Positions 20,258 through 31,775 of a stretch of DNA of 64,000 nucleotides are shown in pieces. Within the stretch, counting starts at the first letter, position 1. The number at the start of each line of letters is the position of its first letter. The notes under the pieces are model-generated. The model was not told where the DNA came from. It ran no database searches and worked only from the letters and a program-made list of their open reading frames with translations. A program made the position numbers and the translations under genes. The DNA is from Deltaproteobacteria bacterium (GTDB lineage: Bacteria; Myxococcota_A; UBA9160; SMWR01), in the NCBI GenBank assembly GCA_032128115.1, contig JAQBHB010000090.1, positions 1 to 64,000 on the forward strand, written 5' to 3'.

Positions 20258-21397
20258 ATGTTCGTGACCCAACCGAACCAGTTGCAGCTGGCCGCCCGAG
20301 AGCTCTACTCCACGATCGATGCGAATGCCGCCAAGGCCCACGGCGACCCGGTTCCGCCGGAAAGCATCGATGCCCTGAGAAGCGCCGGCCTGTTCGGCGC
20401 CATGACGCCGCGCGATCTGGGCGGTGCGGAGCTTCCGCTGCTCGACGCCATCGACGTCTTTGCCGAGGTGGCGCGCGCCGACGGTTCCGCCGGCTGGTGT
20501 CTGATGGCCGGTGCCTCGGCGGTGGCGTACTTCGGCGCCTATTGCACGGGCGATTTCGTCGACGAGCTCTTCGCCAACGGGGTTCCGCTGGTGGCGGGCC
20601 AGTTCGCGCCCAACGGCGCCGGTGTTCCCGTGGAGGGGGGCTACCGGGTAACGGGCAACTACCAGTTCGGGAGCGGCATGCACTATGCCGAGTGGGTGGG
20701 AGCCGGCTTCCTGGTGGCTCCGCCCGTGGGCTCTGACGAGCCGATCCGCTATCTGTTCGGTCTGGTACCCAAGGCCGAGGTGGACCTGCGCGGCAACTGG
20801 GATGTCCTCGGTCTCGATGCCACCGCCAGCTGGGACTACGGCTTGGACGAGGCCTTCGTGCCCGAAGAGGGAACCTTCTTGTTCGCGGCGCCCACGCGAC
20901 ACCGCGGGGGCCCCGTGTACGATCTGGGCGTGATCGCCCAGACGGCGGTTGGACATTCGGGCTTCGCCATGGGTGTGATCCGGCGCGCCCTGGACGAGCT
21001 CGCGACTCTGGCCCAGACCAAGGTGCGCATGGGATCTGGCTCCTTCCTGAAGGACGACACCCGCTTCCTCCACTCGTTGGGGACGCTGGAGTCGCGTTAC
21101 CACTCGGCCTGTGCGTGGACCCGGGAGACATTCGCGCGCATGGAACAGACCGTGGTGGACACGGGCCGACTCGACGTGGCGCAGATCAATGCCGCGCGCC
21201 AGGCCACCGTGCACCTGACCCAGGAGGGGGCCGACATCGTGCGCGAGGCCTACCTGCTGGCGGGCACCACGGCACTTCGCGACGGGCCCCTGCAGCGTTG
21301 CTTCCGCGACATCCACGCGGGTAGCCAGCACTTCTTCGCGAGCCCGGCCTCGACCCTGGACTACGCGCGCGACCGGATGGTGGCGGGATCAGCCTGA
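20258..21397 (+). CDS. Acyl-CoA dehydrogenase-fold flavin-dependent monooxygenase (HsaA-like)
   Basis: ARADGSAGW, FGSG, WDVLGLDATAS, LQRCFRDIHAGSQH. Confidence 0.85.
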   Translation: MFVTQPNQLQLAARELYSTIDANAAKAHGDPVPPESIDALRSAGLFGAMTPRDLGGAELPLLDAIDVFAEVARADGSAGWCLMAGASAVAYFGAYCTGDFVDELFANGVPLVAGQFAPNGAGVPVEGGYRVTGNYQFGSGMHYAEWVGAGFLVAPPVGSDEPIRYLFGLVPKAEVDLRGNWDVLGLDATASWDYGLDEAFVPEEGTFLFAAPTRHRGGPVYDLGVIAQTAVGHSGFAMGVIRRALDELATLAQTKVRMGSGSFLKDDTRFLHSLGTLESRYHSACAWTRETFARMEQTVVDTGRLDVAQINAARQATVHLTQEGADIVREAYLLAGTTALRDGPLQRCFRDIHAGSQHFFASPASTLDYARDRMVAGSA

Positions 21398-22411
21398 TCG
21401 CGACTGCCGGATCGCCGCCACCACGTCCGCCCAGAGTTCCGGGTCGGGCGCCCGGTTGTGGGTGAGGCTCACGCCGTCGGCGATGCCGCCCAGGCGTTGT
21501 GCGAGGGCGGGGGCGATCTCGTGGCGCTCGCCCACCACCGCAATGGAGCCCAGGATCTCGTCGTCGATCAGCTCCGCCATGTCATCCCAGCGTCCGACCT
21601 TCGACAGACGGTTCAACTCCGGCTGCAGGTCGCCCCAGCCGTGGCAATCGAGGGTTCCGCGGTAGGCGGGTGTCGAGCCGTAGAAGGCGAGCTGTTTGCG
21701 TGCCGCGAGCAGCGCCCGTTGCATGTCCTCCTCCCGGTCGGCGGTTACCACCAGCGTGGCGCACACGATTTCGAACTGATCGCGACGGCGTCCCGACTTC
21801 GCCAGGCCCATCTCCAGGGCCGGCAGCGTGTTTTCGAGCAGCGACTTGCGCGTATTGAAGGGGTGCGCGATGAAGCCGTCCGCCACCTCACCGGCCACCT
21901 GGGTCATGAGCGGCCCGAACCCGGCGGTGAGAATCGGCGGCGGGCCGAAGGGGTTCGGTCCCGGGTCGAAGGCGGGAATCATGAGAGTGTGGCGGTAGAA
22001 CTCGCCCCGGAAGTCGAGGTCGGCCACGCCCTCCCACGCGTCGAAGATGGCGCGAATCGCCAGCACGATCTCGCGCATGCGCGCCGCCGGCTTCGACCAC
22101 GGCATGCTGAAGCGGTGCAGGATGTGCGGCCGCACCTGGGAGCCGAGACCCAGCACGAAGCGCCCACCGCTGAGCGACTGCAGGCCATAGGCCAGATTCG
22201 CCAGGTTCATGGGGCTGCGGGCGAACGCGATGGCGATCGCAGTTCCCAGTCGCAGGTGTCGGGTGCGATCGGCCGCCAGCACCAGGGGCAGGAACGGGTC
22301 GTGCTTCGCCTCGAAGGTGAAGCCCCCGTCGTAGCCGATCGCTTCCAGGCGCTCGAATGTGGCGGCCACATCCCGAGGATCCTCGAGCGGTGCGGTGGTA
22401 TAGACCTTCAC
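21389..22411 (-). CDS. LLM-class probable F420-dependent oxidoreductase
   Basis: EAKHDPFL, AIAFARSPM, GRFVLGLGSQVRPHI, FYGSTPAY; GTG start at 22411. Confidence 0.88.
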   Translation of the reverse strand: MKVYTTAPLEDPRDVAATFERLEAIGYDGGFTFEAKHDPFLPLVLAADRTRHLRLGTAIAIAFARSPMNLANLAYGLQSLSGGRFVLGLGSQVRPHILHRFSMPWSKPAARMREIVLAIRAIFDAWEGVADLDFRGEFYRHTLMIPAFDPGPNPFGPPPILTAGFGPLMTQVAGEVADGFIAHPFNTRKSLLENTLPALEMGLAKSGRRRDQFEIVCATLVVTADREEDMQRALLAARKQLAFYGSTPAYRGTLDCHGWGDLQPELNRLSKVGRWDDMAELIDDEILGSIAVVGERHEIAPALAQRLGGIADGVSLTHNRAPDPELWADVVAAIRQSRSG

Positions 22412-22613
22412 GGTGCAAGCCCCCCCTTCTGGCGCTGCGAGCGGTCCCGGGCCATCCTCGGCCTCCTCCATGCGGCGCGCCAGCCTCCGGATCGCATCCA
22501 CTTCACCTACTCCCACGTGGAAACAGGTGGGAAGCCCTGGGAGGCCCCCCATCGGCCAATCTTTCGTCTATTCTGGTCGCTAGCGCCGGGAAACCACTCG
22601 TGGAGAGACGCGC

Positions 22614-23246
22614 ATGGCCGACCAGTGGATGCTCCGAGGCAGCGAGTACGGAAACTGCAACTGTGCCTGGGGCTGCCCCTGCCAGTTCAATGCGCCGTCG
22701 ACTCACGGTCGCTGCGAAGCGGTCACGGGCGGGCACGTCGAGGAGGGCCACTTCAACGACATCCGGCTCGACGGCCTCAATTGGGTGCTGCTGCTGCAAT
22801 GGCCAGGAGAGATCGCCGAGGGCAATGGCGTGCAACAGGTGATCATCGACGAGCGTGCCGATGCCGATCAGAGAGAGGCGCTGCGCAAGATCGTCCACGG
22901 CGAATCCACCGCGCCTGGCGCCACCCACTTCTTCGTCTACAACAGCACCATGTCCAAAGTGCTCGAGACCCTGTATGCACCCATCGAAATCGAGATCGAC
23001 ATTGCAGCCCGCCGTGGGCGGATCTCGGTTCCGGGCCTGGTGGACTCGACGGGCGCTCCCATCATCGATCCGCACAGCGGCAACGAGCACCGCGCCGTCA
23101 TCGAGCTGCCCAACGGCTTCGAGTACACCCGCGCCGAGATGGGCATCGGGACGTCGCGGGTCAGCGCCGGTATCCGGTTGGAGCTCTCCGAGAGCTATGG
23201 GCAGTTCAACGTGCTGCACATGAACCAGGATGGGGTGATTCGCTAG
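22614..23246 (+). CDS. DUF1326 family protein
   Basis: CNCAWGCPC..APSTHGRC, IIDERADADQREAL. Confidence 0.88.
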   Translation: MADQWMLRGSEYGNCNCAWGCPCQFNAPSTHGRCEAVTGGHVEEGHFNDIRLDGLNWVLLLQWPGEIAEGNGVQQVIIDERADADQREALRKIVHGESTAPGATHFFVYNSTMSKVLETLYAPIEIEIDIAARRGRISVPGLVDSTGAPIIDPHSGNEHRAVIELPNGFEYTRAEMGIGTSRVSAGIRLELSESYGQFNVLHMNQDGVIR

Positions 23247-23252
23247 AGCCCC

Positions 23253-24074
23253 ATGCCGGGTATGCCCGAGACTGCGCCGCAGCGCCGGGGCTCCCGGCTT
23301 CCGCGCCGCGATCGCATCGCGATCCTCGCCGCCCTGGCTGCCACCACCCTGATTGCCTGGGCGTATCTGGTGGTGCTGGCCGTCCAGATGCAAGGCATGG
23401 ATCCGATGGAATCCATGTCCGAGCTGGACGCGATGGCGATCCACGTCTGGTCCGCCGCGGATTTCGGGCTCACGTTCCTGATGTGGGCCGTCATGATGGT
23501 GGGCATGATGGTCCCGAGCGCGGCGCCCATGGTGATGATGTACGCCGCCGTGTCCCGAAAGGCCGAGCGCCAGGGCAGCCCGGTGGCGCCCACGGCCTGT
23601 TTCGTGGCGGGTTACGTGGCTGTCTGGACTGTGTTCAGCCTCGGCGCCACGCTGGCCCAGTGGGGTCTGGACAGGGCGGCACTGCTGTCGCCCATGATGG
23701 TGGCCAGTAGCCCGTGGCTCGGTGCGTTGCTGCTGGGCTTCGCCGGCGTCTACCAGTTCACCCCCGCCAAGGACACCTGCCTGCGTCATTGCCGCGCGCC
23801 GGCCCACTTCATCAGCGAGCACTGGCGGCCCGGAACCGTCGGCGCCTTTCGCATGGGTGTGGTGCACGGGGCCTTCTGCCTGGGTTGTTGCGGGGCGCTG
23901 ATGGGACTGCTGTTCTTCGGCGGCGTCATGAACCTGTTGTGGATCGCCGCCATCACCGCCTTCGTGCTGGCCGAAAAGCTGCTTCCCGCGGGCCGCGCTA
24001 CGGCGCGCTGGAGCGGCTTCGCCATGCTCGTGGCCGGCGTGCTCGTGGCCGCGCGCTGGTGGGCCGGCAGCTAG
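23253..24074 (+). CDS. DUF2182 putative metal-binding membrane protein
   Basis: MWAVMMVGMMVPS, YQFTPAKDTCLRHCRAP, CLGCCGALM, EK motif. Confidence 0.9.
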   Translation: MPGMPETAPQRRGSRLPRRDRIAILAALAATTLIAWAYLVVLAVQMQGMDPMESMSELDAMAIHVWSAADFGLTFLMWAVMMVGMMVPSAAPMVMMYAAVSRKAERQGSPVAPTACFVAGYVAVWTVFSLGATLAQWGLDRAALLSPMMVASSPWLGALLLGFAGVYQFTPAKDTCLRHCRAPAHFISEHWRPGTVGAFRMGVVHGAFCLGCCGALMGLLFFGGVMNLLWIAAITAFVLAEKLLPAGRATARWSGFAMLVAGVLVAARWWAGS

Positions 24075-24078
24075 TCCG

Positions 24079-25647
24079 ATGCACGCCGTTGCCCGGAGTG
24101 CACTCCGAACCCTGCTGCGCTCGCCGAACTTCTGGATCTGCGTCCTGACGGCGCCGCTCTGCCTCGCCCTGTTCGCGCCGTACTGGAAGCCCTCCTGGGA
24201 CAGCGCCATCTACCTGAGCCTGGCCCGCTCCCTGTCCGACGGGGAGGGCTACGTCTACATGGGCCACCCCCACGCCAAGTATCCACCCGGACTTCCCGTT
24301 CTGCTGGTGCCGTTCGACCTGGTGTTTGGCGGCGCCCCCGCTGTCCTGCGCCTGCTGATGGTCGTCTTCGCCGTCACGTCGGTAGGTCTGTGCTTTGCCT
24401 TGATCCGGAACCTGGCGGGCTCGGGTCTCGCGTGGGCCGTTGCCGGGATGATGGCCGTGACGCCGCTGTTCCTGATCGAGTCCACCTACGTCCAGAGCGA
24501 CGTCCCCTTCCTGTGCCTTTCGTTGGCAGCCCTGTGGGCGTACACCCGGGCCACCCGCGATCCCGGGGCGGTTTCGATGCCGTGGCTCGCCGGTGCGGCC
24601 GCGCTGGCGTGTGGGGCGTTCCTGTTCCGGGCTCTGGGCCTGGTGCTGCCGGTTTCCCTGCTCGCGTTCCACGCGATCCGGACGCCTCCCGAGGGCCGCC
24701 GTAGCCGTCGCCCGCTGCTGGTGCTTGGGGTTCCGATCCTGGTGGTGGCTGGCCTGTGGTTCACGTACAGCGCCCACGCGCGGGCGGCCCTACCGGAAAC
24801 GATGCCGACGTCCAGTAGCTACGCCGAGCAGTTCCTGCGCGTCGATCCCGGGGATCCGGGCTCCCCGCGGATCGGGCCGGCAGATCTCTTCGCCCGCATC
24901 TCCGATAACGCGTCCTGGTACCAGGAGCGCCTGGGCCGCCTGGCTTCCGGGAAGAAGCGGCCGATCTCGCCCAACATCATCGGTCCGCTGTTGGTGTTCG
25001 GCTGGCTGGTTCGCCTCGTCACCCGACGCTCGCTGCTCGAAATCTACACGGGCGCCTACGCGGGCATCCTTCTGGTGTGGCCGTTCGTGCAGGGCGGGCG
25101 CTTCCTGGTCCCCGCGCTGCCCTTCGTGATCTTCTACGGCCTCTCGGGTGTGCTCGCCGTGGTAGACGCGGCCCTTCGGGGCCTGCATCGCCCCGCCTGG
25201 CGGCAGCCTGCCTACGTGGCGGCGCTGGCGGTTGCCGCGGTCGCCTATCTGGGCGCCAGCAGCCGCGGAGTCACCCGGGCCATCGAGCGGGAGCACCGCC
25301 GGCCCTACCACTCGGGGGTCGAAGGCCAGCGCCTGGATGCCATGGATTGGCTCGGCGTCTTCACGCCGGCCAACAGTGTGATCATCGCTGACCGCGCCGC
25401 CTGGGTTCAGTGGATCTCCCGGCGCGATGCCTACGCGTTGCCAGCTACTGAAGACCCCGCCCGGCTTCGGGACTTCGTCCGGGATGTGGGCGCCACCCAC
25501 GTGGTGAAGACGGGTGTGGGCATCTCGGCGCCGCATCTGGCGGCGCTGATCGGGTCGGACCCCGATGCCTACGAGAAGGTCTGGGCAAGCTCGCGCGTCA
25601 GCATCTACCGGATCCGGCCCGCCGACGAAGAAAGTGTACGGCCCTGA
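24079..25647 (+). CDS. GT-C fold (ArnT/PMT-like) membrane glycosyltransferase
   Basis: WDSAIYLSLARSL...YPPGLP loop, SDVPF, GRFLVP, many TM segments. Confidence 0.75.
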   Translation: MHAVARSALRTLLRSPNFWICVLTAPLCLALFAPYWKPSWDSAIYLSLARSLSDGEGYVYMGHPHAKYPPGLPVLLVPFDLVFGGAPAVLRLLMVVFAVTSVGLCFALIRNLAGSGLAWAVAGMMAVTPLFLIESTYVQSDVPFLCLSLAALWAYTRATRDPGAVSMPWLAGAAALACGAFLFRALGLVLPVSLLAFHAIRTPPEGRRSRRPLLVLGVPILVVAGLWFTYSAHARAALPETMPTSSSYAEQFLRVDPGDPGSPRIGPADLFARISDNASWYQERLGRLASGKKRPISPNIIGPLLVFGWLVRLVTRRSLLEIYTGAYAGILLVWPFVQGGRFLVPALPFVIFYGLSGVLAVVDAALRGLHRPAWRQPAYVAALAVAAVAYLGASSRGVTRAIEREHRRPYHSGVEGQRLDAMDWLGVFTPANSVIIADRAAWVQWISRRDAYALPATEDPARLRDFVRDVGATHVVKTGVGISAPHLAALIGSDPDAYEKVWASSRVSIYRIRPADEESVRP

Positions 25648-25721
25648 CCGATCGCGTAGAATGGGGTTTTGCGCCATTTCCAGGGGCCGGTGAGCGGGCG
25701 TCGCAACACGGGAGATCGGGC

Positions 25722-26920
25722 TTGAGCGTGACCCGAAAGGTCGGCCTCGGCTGCGCCGACATCGACGACCTGGCCAAGCAGTACGTGTCGCAGGTTCTGG
25801 AGTCCGGACGCCTGTCGGCGGGCCCCTTTACCAAGCGCCTGGAGCTGATGTTCGGGTCGCTGCACTCGTCGCGCTTCGCGATCTTCTGTTCCAGCGGCAC
25901 CGAGGCGCTGCGTGCCGCGGTTGCCTGCCTGAAGGAGATGGACGGCTGGCCCGAGGGGTCCGAGATCATCATCCCGTCCCTCACCTTCGTGGCGACCGCC
26001 AACGTGGTGATCGACCACGGCTTCGTCCCGGTCTTCTGCGACGTCGACCCTCGCACCTACAACATCGACCCCGCGAAGATCGAGGCCCTCGTTACCGAGC
26101 GAACACGCGCCATCATGCCCGTCCACCTGATGGGGCTGCCCTGCGACATGGATCCCATCCTCGACATCGCGGGCCGCCATGGCCTGCGCGTAATCGAGGA
26201 CGCCTGCGAGGCCATGTTCGTGACGTACAAGGGGCGGCCGGTGGGCTCCTTCGGGGACATCTCGTGTTTCTCCACGTACGTGGCGCACCTGCTCACCACC
26301 GGGGTGGGCGGCTTCGTGGTGACGAGCGACCCGGAGCGGGCGGTCGTGCTGAAGAGCATTCTCAACCACGGGCGCGATGGCATCTACACCCGCATCGACG
26401 ACGACGCGGGCAAGTCGGGCGCGGAACTGCTCGAGGTGGTGCAGCGACGCTTCCACTTCGTCCGACCGGGCTACAGCTCGCGCGCCACCGAGATGCAGGC
26501 GGCGCTCGGCCTGGCACAGATCGAACGCTGGCGAGAAATGATCCGGGCTCGCCGTCAGAACGCCGAGTTTCTCACGAAGGGGCTCTCGGATCTGGGCGAG
26601 TACCTGCAGCTCCCCTGGAAACCCCGCGTATGCGAACATGCCTACATGATGTACGCGATCACGGTAAAGGAGCCACACACGGATCTCCTGCCCAAATCGG
26701 ATTTCACGGTGTATCTGGAAGAGCAGGGGATCGAGACCCGTGACACCCTTCCGCTCATCAATCAGCCCTTCTACGTGGATCGCTTCGGGGACCTGGAGTC
26801 GAAGCTCCCGGTGGCGCGCTGGGTCAACCGCAATGGTTTCTACGTGGGCTGCCACCAGCAGCTCGAGCGGCAAGATCTCGAGCACGTGGTGTCGACCGTG
26901 CGCTCGTTCGTGTCCGAGAG

Positions 26921-26933
<13 letters not shown>
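25722..26933 (+). CDS. DegT/DnrJ/EryC1/StrS family PLP enzyme, ColD-like GDP-4-keto-6-deoxymannose 3-dehydratase
   Basis: [36 protein letters not shown] has His where aminotransferases have Lys. Confidence 0.85.
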
Positions 26934-27925
<992 letters not shown>

Positions 27926-27957
27926 GCGACGGGCGCTCGCGGCCGGAGGAACCAGAG

Positions 27958-28947
27958 ATCTCGGACTACTGGCGCGACAAGACCGTGGCGGTTGCAGGAG
28001 GCGCGGGCTTCATCGGTTCCTTCCTCGTGGAGCAGCTGCTGGAGGCCGGGGCCCGGGTGACTCTGGGCCAGCGGCGGCCCGGGGCGCAGGACTTCTACGA
28101 CGCCGTGGGCGACCGGGTGCGGATCGTCGAGTGCGACCTGGAGCAGATCGGCGACTGCCGCCGCCTGGTGGAGGGGCAGCAGATCGTGATGTATCTGGCG
28201 GCCTCGGTGGCGGGAATCGCGTACAACATGAAGCACCCGGCTTCGATCTTCCAGGACAACGTTCGCCCGTTCCTGAACACGATCGAGGCGGCGCGGGACG
28301 TGGAGACCGAGCGGTTCCTGGTAACCAGCAGCGCCTGCGTGTATCCGCGCTTCTGCACGATCCCCACGCCCGAGAGCGAGGGCTTCGTGGACCTGCCGGA
28401 GCCCACCAACCTGGGCTACGGGGTGGCCAAGCGCGTGGAGGAGCTGGTGGGAGGCATGTACGCCGAGGAGTTCGGGATGAGCGTCGCCATCGCCAGGCCC
28501 TACAACGCATACGGGCCGCGTGACGATTTCGAACCGGAAACGTCCCACGTGGTCCCGGCCCTGATCCGACGCATCTTCCAGGAGAACGAGAATCCGCTGG
28601 TGGTCTGGGGCAGCGGCAGACAGACCCGGTCGTTCCTCTATGTCACCGACTTCGCCCGCGGGCTGATGGAGGTGACCGAGCGCTACGCCGAGGCCGATCC
28701 GGTCAACCTGGGTGCCGACGAGGAGACCACCATCGGCGATCTGGTGAATCGCCTCGTGGCCATCCACGGCGGCGACATCGACGTGCAGTTCGACGAGTCG
28801 AAGCCCGAGGGTCAGCCCCGACGCGCATGCGACACCACCAAGGCGGCCGAGAAGGTGGGTTTCCGCGCGACGGTCTCGCTGGACGACGGCCTCCAGCAGA
28901 CCGTCGAGTGGTTCCTGCGCCACGGTCGCCAGGCCCGCCGCTCGTGA
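27958..28947 (+). CDS. GDP-sugar reductase/epimerase (Fcl/ColC-like SDR)
   Basis: GGAGFIG, SSACVYP, YGVAK, SHVVPALIRR; start codon uncertain (ATC at 27958 behind GGAGGA). Confidence 0.85.
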   Translation: MSDYWRDKTVAVAGGAGFIGSFLVEQLLEAGARVTLGQRRPGAQDFYDAVGDRVRIVECDLEQIGDCRRLVEGQQIVMYLAASVAGIAYNMKHPASIFQDNVRPFLNTIEAARDVETERFLVTSSACVYPRFCTIPTPESEGFVDLPEPTNLGYGVAKRVEELVGGMYAEEFGMSVAIARPYNAYGPRDDFEPETSHVVPALIRRIFQENENPLVVWGSGRQTRSFLYVTDFARGLMEVTERYAEADPVNLGADEETTIGDLVNRLVAIHGGDIDVQFDESKPEGQPRRACDTTKAAEKVGFRATVSLDDGLQQTVEWFLRHGRQARRS

Positions 28948-29645
28948 GGATCGGCCTGGTCCTGCTGACGCTGAACGAGATCGAGGGTCTCCGGACACTG
29001 TTCCCTCGGCTTCCGCTGGATGCCATCGACGAGGCCTTCGCCGTGGACGGCGGCTCGACCGACGGCACCCGGGAGTTCTTCCGGGAGCAGGGCTTCTCGC
29101 TGCTGGACCAGACCTCCGGTGGCCGCGGCGAGGCGTTCCGGATGGCCTTCGCGTCCTCCCGGGCCGACGCGCTCATCTTCTTCAGCCCCGACGGCAACGA
29201 GAATCCGGAGGACATCCCCAGGTTTCGCGAGCACCTGGAGGCCGGGGCAGCGATGGTGATCGCGTCGCGAATGATGGAGGGCGCGGTGAACGAGGAGGAT
29301 TCCGACTGGTTCCGGCCCCGGAAGTGGGCGAACAACGCCTTCAACGGCCTGGCCAACGCGTTCTGGAATCGCGGAGCCTTCGTCAGCGATTCCATCAATG
29401 GCTTCCGGGCCATCACACGCGATGCCTGGGACCGAATCTGCCTGGACGGCCTGGGCTACACCATTGAATACCAGTCCACCATCCGTTGCATGAAGCTTGG
29501 GCTTCCCACCCGGGAGTTTCCCACCGTGGAGGGCCAGCGCATCGGTGGCGAGAGCTATGCCAGGAGCCTGCCCACCGGCCTCCGCTTTCTGCGACTTCTG
29601 CTGCGCGAGATCTTCGTCGGCACGAGGTTCGCGGCCAGGAGCTGA
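28944..29645 (+). CDS. Glycosyltransferase family 2, polyprenyl-phosphate sugar synthase-like
   Basis: TLNE, VDGGSTDGT, SPDG, ASR, DSINGFRA; GTGA overlap with upstream gene. Confidence 0.87.
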   Translation: MRIGLVLLTLNEIEGLRTLFPRLPLDAIDEAFAVDGGSTDGTREFFREQGFSLLDQTSGGRGEAFRMAFASSRADALIFFSPDGNENPEDIPRFREHLEAGAAMVIASRMMEGAVNEEDSDWFRPRKWANNAFNGLANAFWNRGAFVSDSINGFRAITRDAWDRICLDGLGYTIEYQSTIRCMKLGLPTREFPTVEGQRIGGESYARSLPTGLRFLRLLLREIFVGTRFAARS

Positions 29646-29648
29646 CCG

Positions 29649-31775
29649 GTGAGTATCGGAATTACCCGGCGGGATCTGGCGTTCGGGCTCTCCGTGTCTC
29701 TCGTGATGACCGGACTGGCCTGGGCGCTCCTGTCCGTGGCTCGACTCTATCCCCACTACTTCATGTGGGACATGGATCTCACGGTTACCCTGGACTCGCT
29801 GCTGATCCACAGCGGCCTGATGCCCGATCACATCAACCACACGAGCTTCGGGATGTACCTGCTGCTGCGGATCACGCAGAGCGTCGCCCGGACCTTCGAC
29901 GTGATCTCGGCTCTCACCCTGGGCGACCTGTCCGCGTCGCTGAATCCGATCAGCGGCGTGGTGGAGCTGACCGACTTCATCCGACTGCACTCGCCGGTGA
30001 TCGCTCTCGCCATGGTGGCGATGCTGTGGGCTGCGCTTTGCATCCTGTTCCGCCCGTCGCGTGTCGCGGGCGTGTTGGTCCTGGCGGTGCTTGCCAGCCA
30101 GGCGTCGCTCCTCCATCACGCGACCATGATCCGCTCCGAGTTCTACGCGATCTTCTTCTGGGCGGGAGCTGTCCTGATGTTGGCGATTGCGCTCCGCGCA
30201 AGCCGCCCCGCGGCGACGACGCTGGCCCTGCTGGCGGCAGGCGTGTTGCTGGGACTCTGCTTCCAGACCAAGATCCAGGCGGTCTTCCTGGTGGCCGTCT
30301 TCCCGGTGTTGTTGCTGCTGGGGATCACTCTCGCCTCCGGCGCGTGCCTGGAAGCCCTCGAACCTGGCGCTGAGCGGCGCCGCGCGCGGCGCTCGCTTTG
30401 CGCCGGGGCCGTGAACGCCATCGCATTTCCGCTGCTCCTGATCGCTGCGGGCCGCACGACACTCCCGGAGAAGATGGGTGTCTTCGAGTACTACGATCGG
30501 GCCGCCGGCCACACGGGCCTGGCTCCGTACGCGCTGCTGCTCGGAGTCGTGCTGGTGGCGATCTTCGCCATCCAGCTGTTGCTGGTGAGGCGACCGAGCC
30601 GCGACACCTCGTTGTTCCGGTTCCTGGGTCTATTGAGCTGGCTCGCCCTGGGATTCCACCTCTCGCTATTGCTCCACTTCCTGATCTTCTCCGACCCGGG
30701 CCAATCACTCCGGTACCTGCTCTACGACGTCGTGCTGTTGTTCTTCCGGGGCACTTACCGTGAGGTGCCGGGCCTTGGCGAATTGCTCGAGAGCGCCTGG
30801 ACGATCGTCCGTTTCCAACCGGTGGTATTCCTGGCGCACTTCGCGCTGCTGGGGCTGCTGCTCCTGGGACGCCAGCGCGGTTGGATCCGTCTCACGCTGG
30901 GACAGCTGGCGCTGCTCCTGGCGGCATCTGGGTTCGCGGTGCTGCAAGTCGTGTTCGGCACGCGACCGCTGTTGCGCGACCAGATATTCGTCGAGGTGCT
31001 CTTCGACACCCTCACGATCCTATTCGCCATGGTGATCGCGGATCGCGCGGTGCGCAGGAGCCCCAGCCTGCGCCGGGTGGCCGGCGGGATCCTGATCGGG
31101 GTGGTGGCGTCCAATCTCGTGCACGCGAGCCGGATCGTGGGGGAACTCGACGCCGAGCGCAGCGACTACGGCTGGCGAGAGAATCTCTGGTTCGCGGCCG
31201 TGTACCCGGGCAACCAGAAGCAATACAGCAAGCTCATGCATCGGGCGTATCCGCCTCGCAGTCCCCAGCGCCAGCTGGCAGGTCGGGTGGCGCGCGATCA
31301 CCGGAAGATCCGCCGGACCGTCGGCTTCGTGTTCGGGAACCAGACCGTCACCCATCGCAACATCGGGGTGCTCGCTCCCGGTTTCCCGGTCTGGGCCGAG
31401 GATCGCGACTGGAGGCTCTCGGAGCTGCCTCCCGGCCTGGACGGCTCGATCGTGGTGGACAACGCCCGGATTCCCACTCGTGCACACGGCGGATTCGCTC
31501 CGGACGACGTGAACCAGCTGACCCATGCTGGCGGGCTGCCGCCGGATCACATTGCCGTGCTGGGCCGCCGCGATCTGGGCGTCTACCTGTTCGTGGAGCC
31601 TGACGACCTGCCGGCGATCCAGGGCTCGACGCTTCGCCCGGTGCCCGGTGCCCGGATCGAGCTTCAGCGGGGCGAGGAGACTCTCGAGCTGATCGGTCTG
31701 CGGGTAATCGATTACACCGAGGTCGAAAGCGACCGGCTCCGCGGTCGCTACTTCTTCGTCATCCAGTCGTCTTAG
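29649..31775 (+). CDS. Large polytopic membrane protein, possible GT-C glycosyltransferase
   Basis: Acidic WDMD loop after first TM, RSE and QTK motifs, many TM segments, soluble C-terminal domain. Confidence 0.6.
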   Translation: MSIGITRRDLAFGLSVSLVMTGLAWALLSVARLYPHYFMWDMDLTVTLDSLLIHSGLMPDHINHTSFGMYLLLRITQSVARTFDVISALTLGDLSASLNPISGVVELTDFIRLHSPVIALAMVAMLWAALCILFRPSRVAGVLVLAVLASQASLLHHATMIRSEFYAIFFWAGAVLMLAIALRASRPAATTLALLAAGVLLGLCFQTKIQAVFLVAVFPVLLLLGITLASGACLEALEPGAERRRARRSLCAGAVNAIAFPLLLIAAGRTTLPEKMGVFEYYDRAAGHTGLAPYALLLGVVLVAIFAIQLLLVRRPSRDTSLFRFLGLLSWLALGFHLSLLLHFLIFSDPGQSLRYLLYDVVLLFFRGTYREVPGLGELLESAWTIVRFQPVVFLAHFALLGLLLLGRQRGWIRLTLGQLALLLAASGFAVLQVVFGTRPLLRDQIFVEVLFDTLTILFAMVIADRAVRRSPSLRRVAGGILIGVVASNLVHASRIVGELDAERSDYGWRENLWFAAVYPGNQKQYSKLMHRAYPPRSPQRQLAGRVARDHRKIRRTVGFVFGNQTVTHRNIGVLAPGFPVWAEDRDWRLSELPPGLDGSIVVDNARIPTRAHGGFAPDDVNQLTHAGGLPPDHIAVLGRRDLGVYLFVEPDDLPAIQGSTLRPVPGARIELQRGEETLELIGLRVIDYTEVESDRLRGRYFFVIQSS

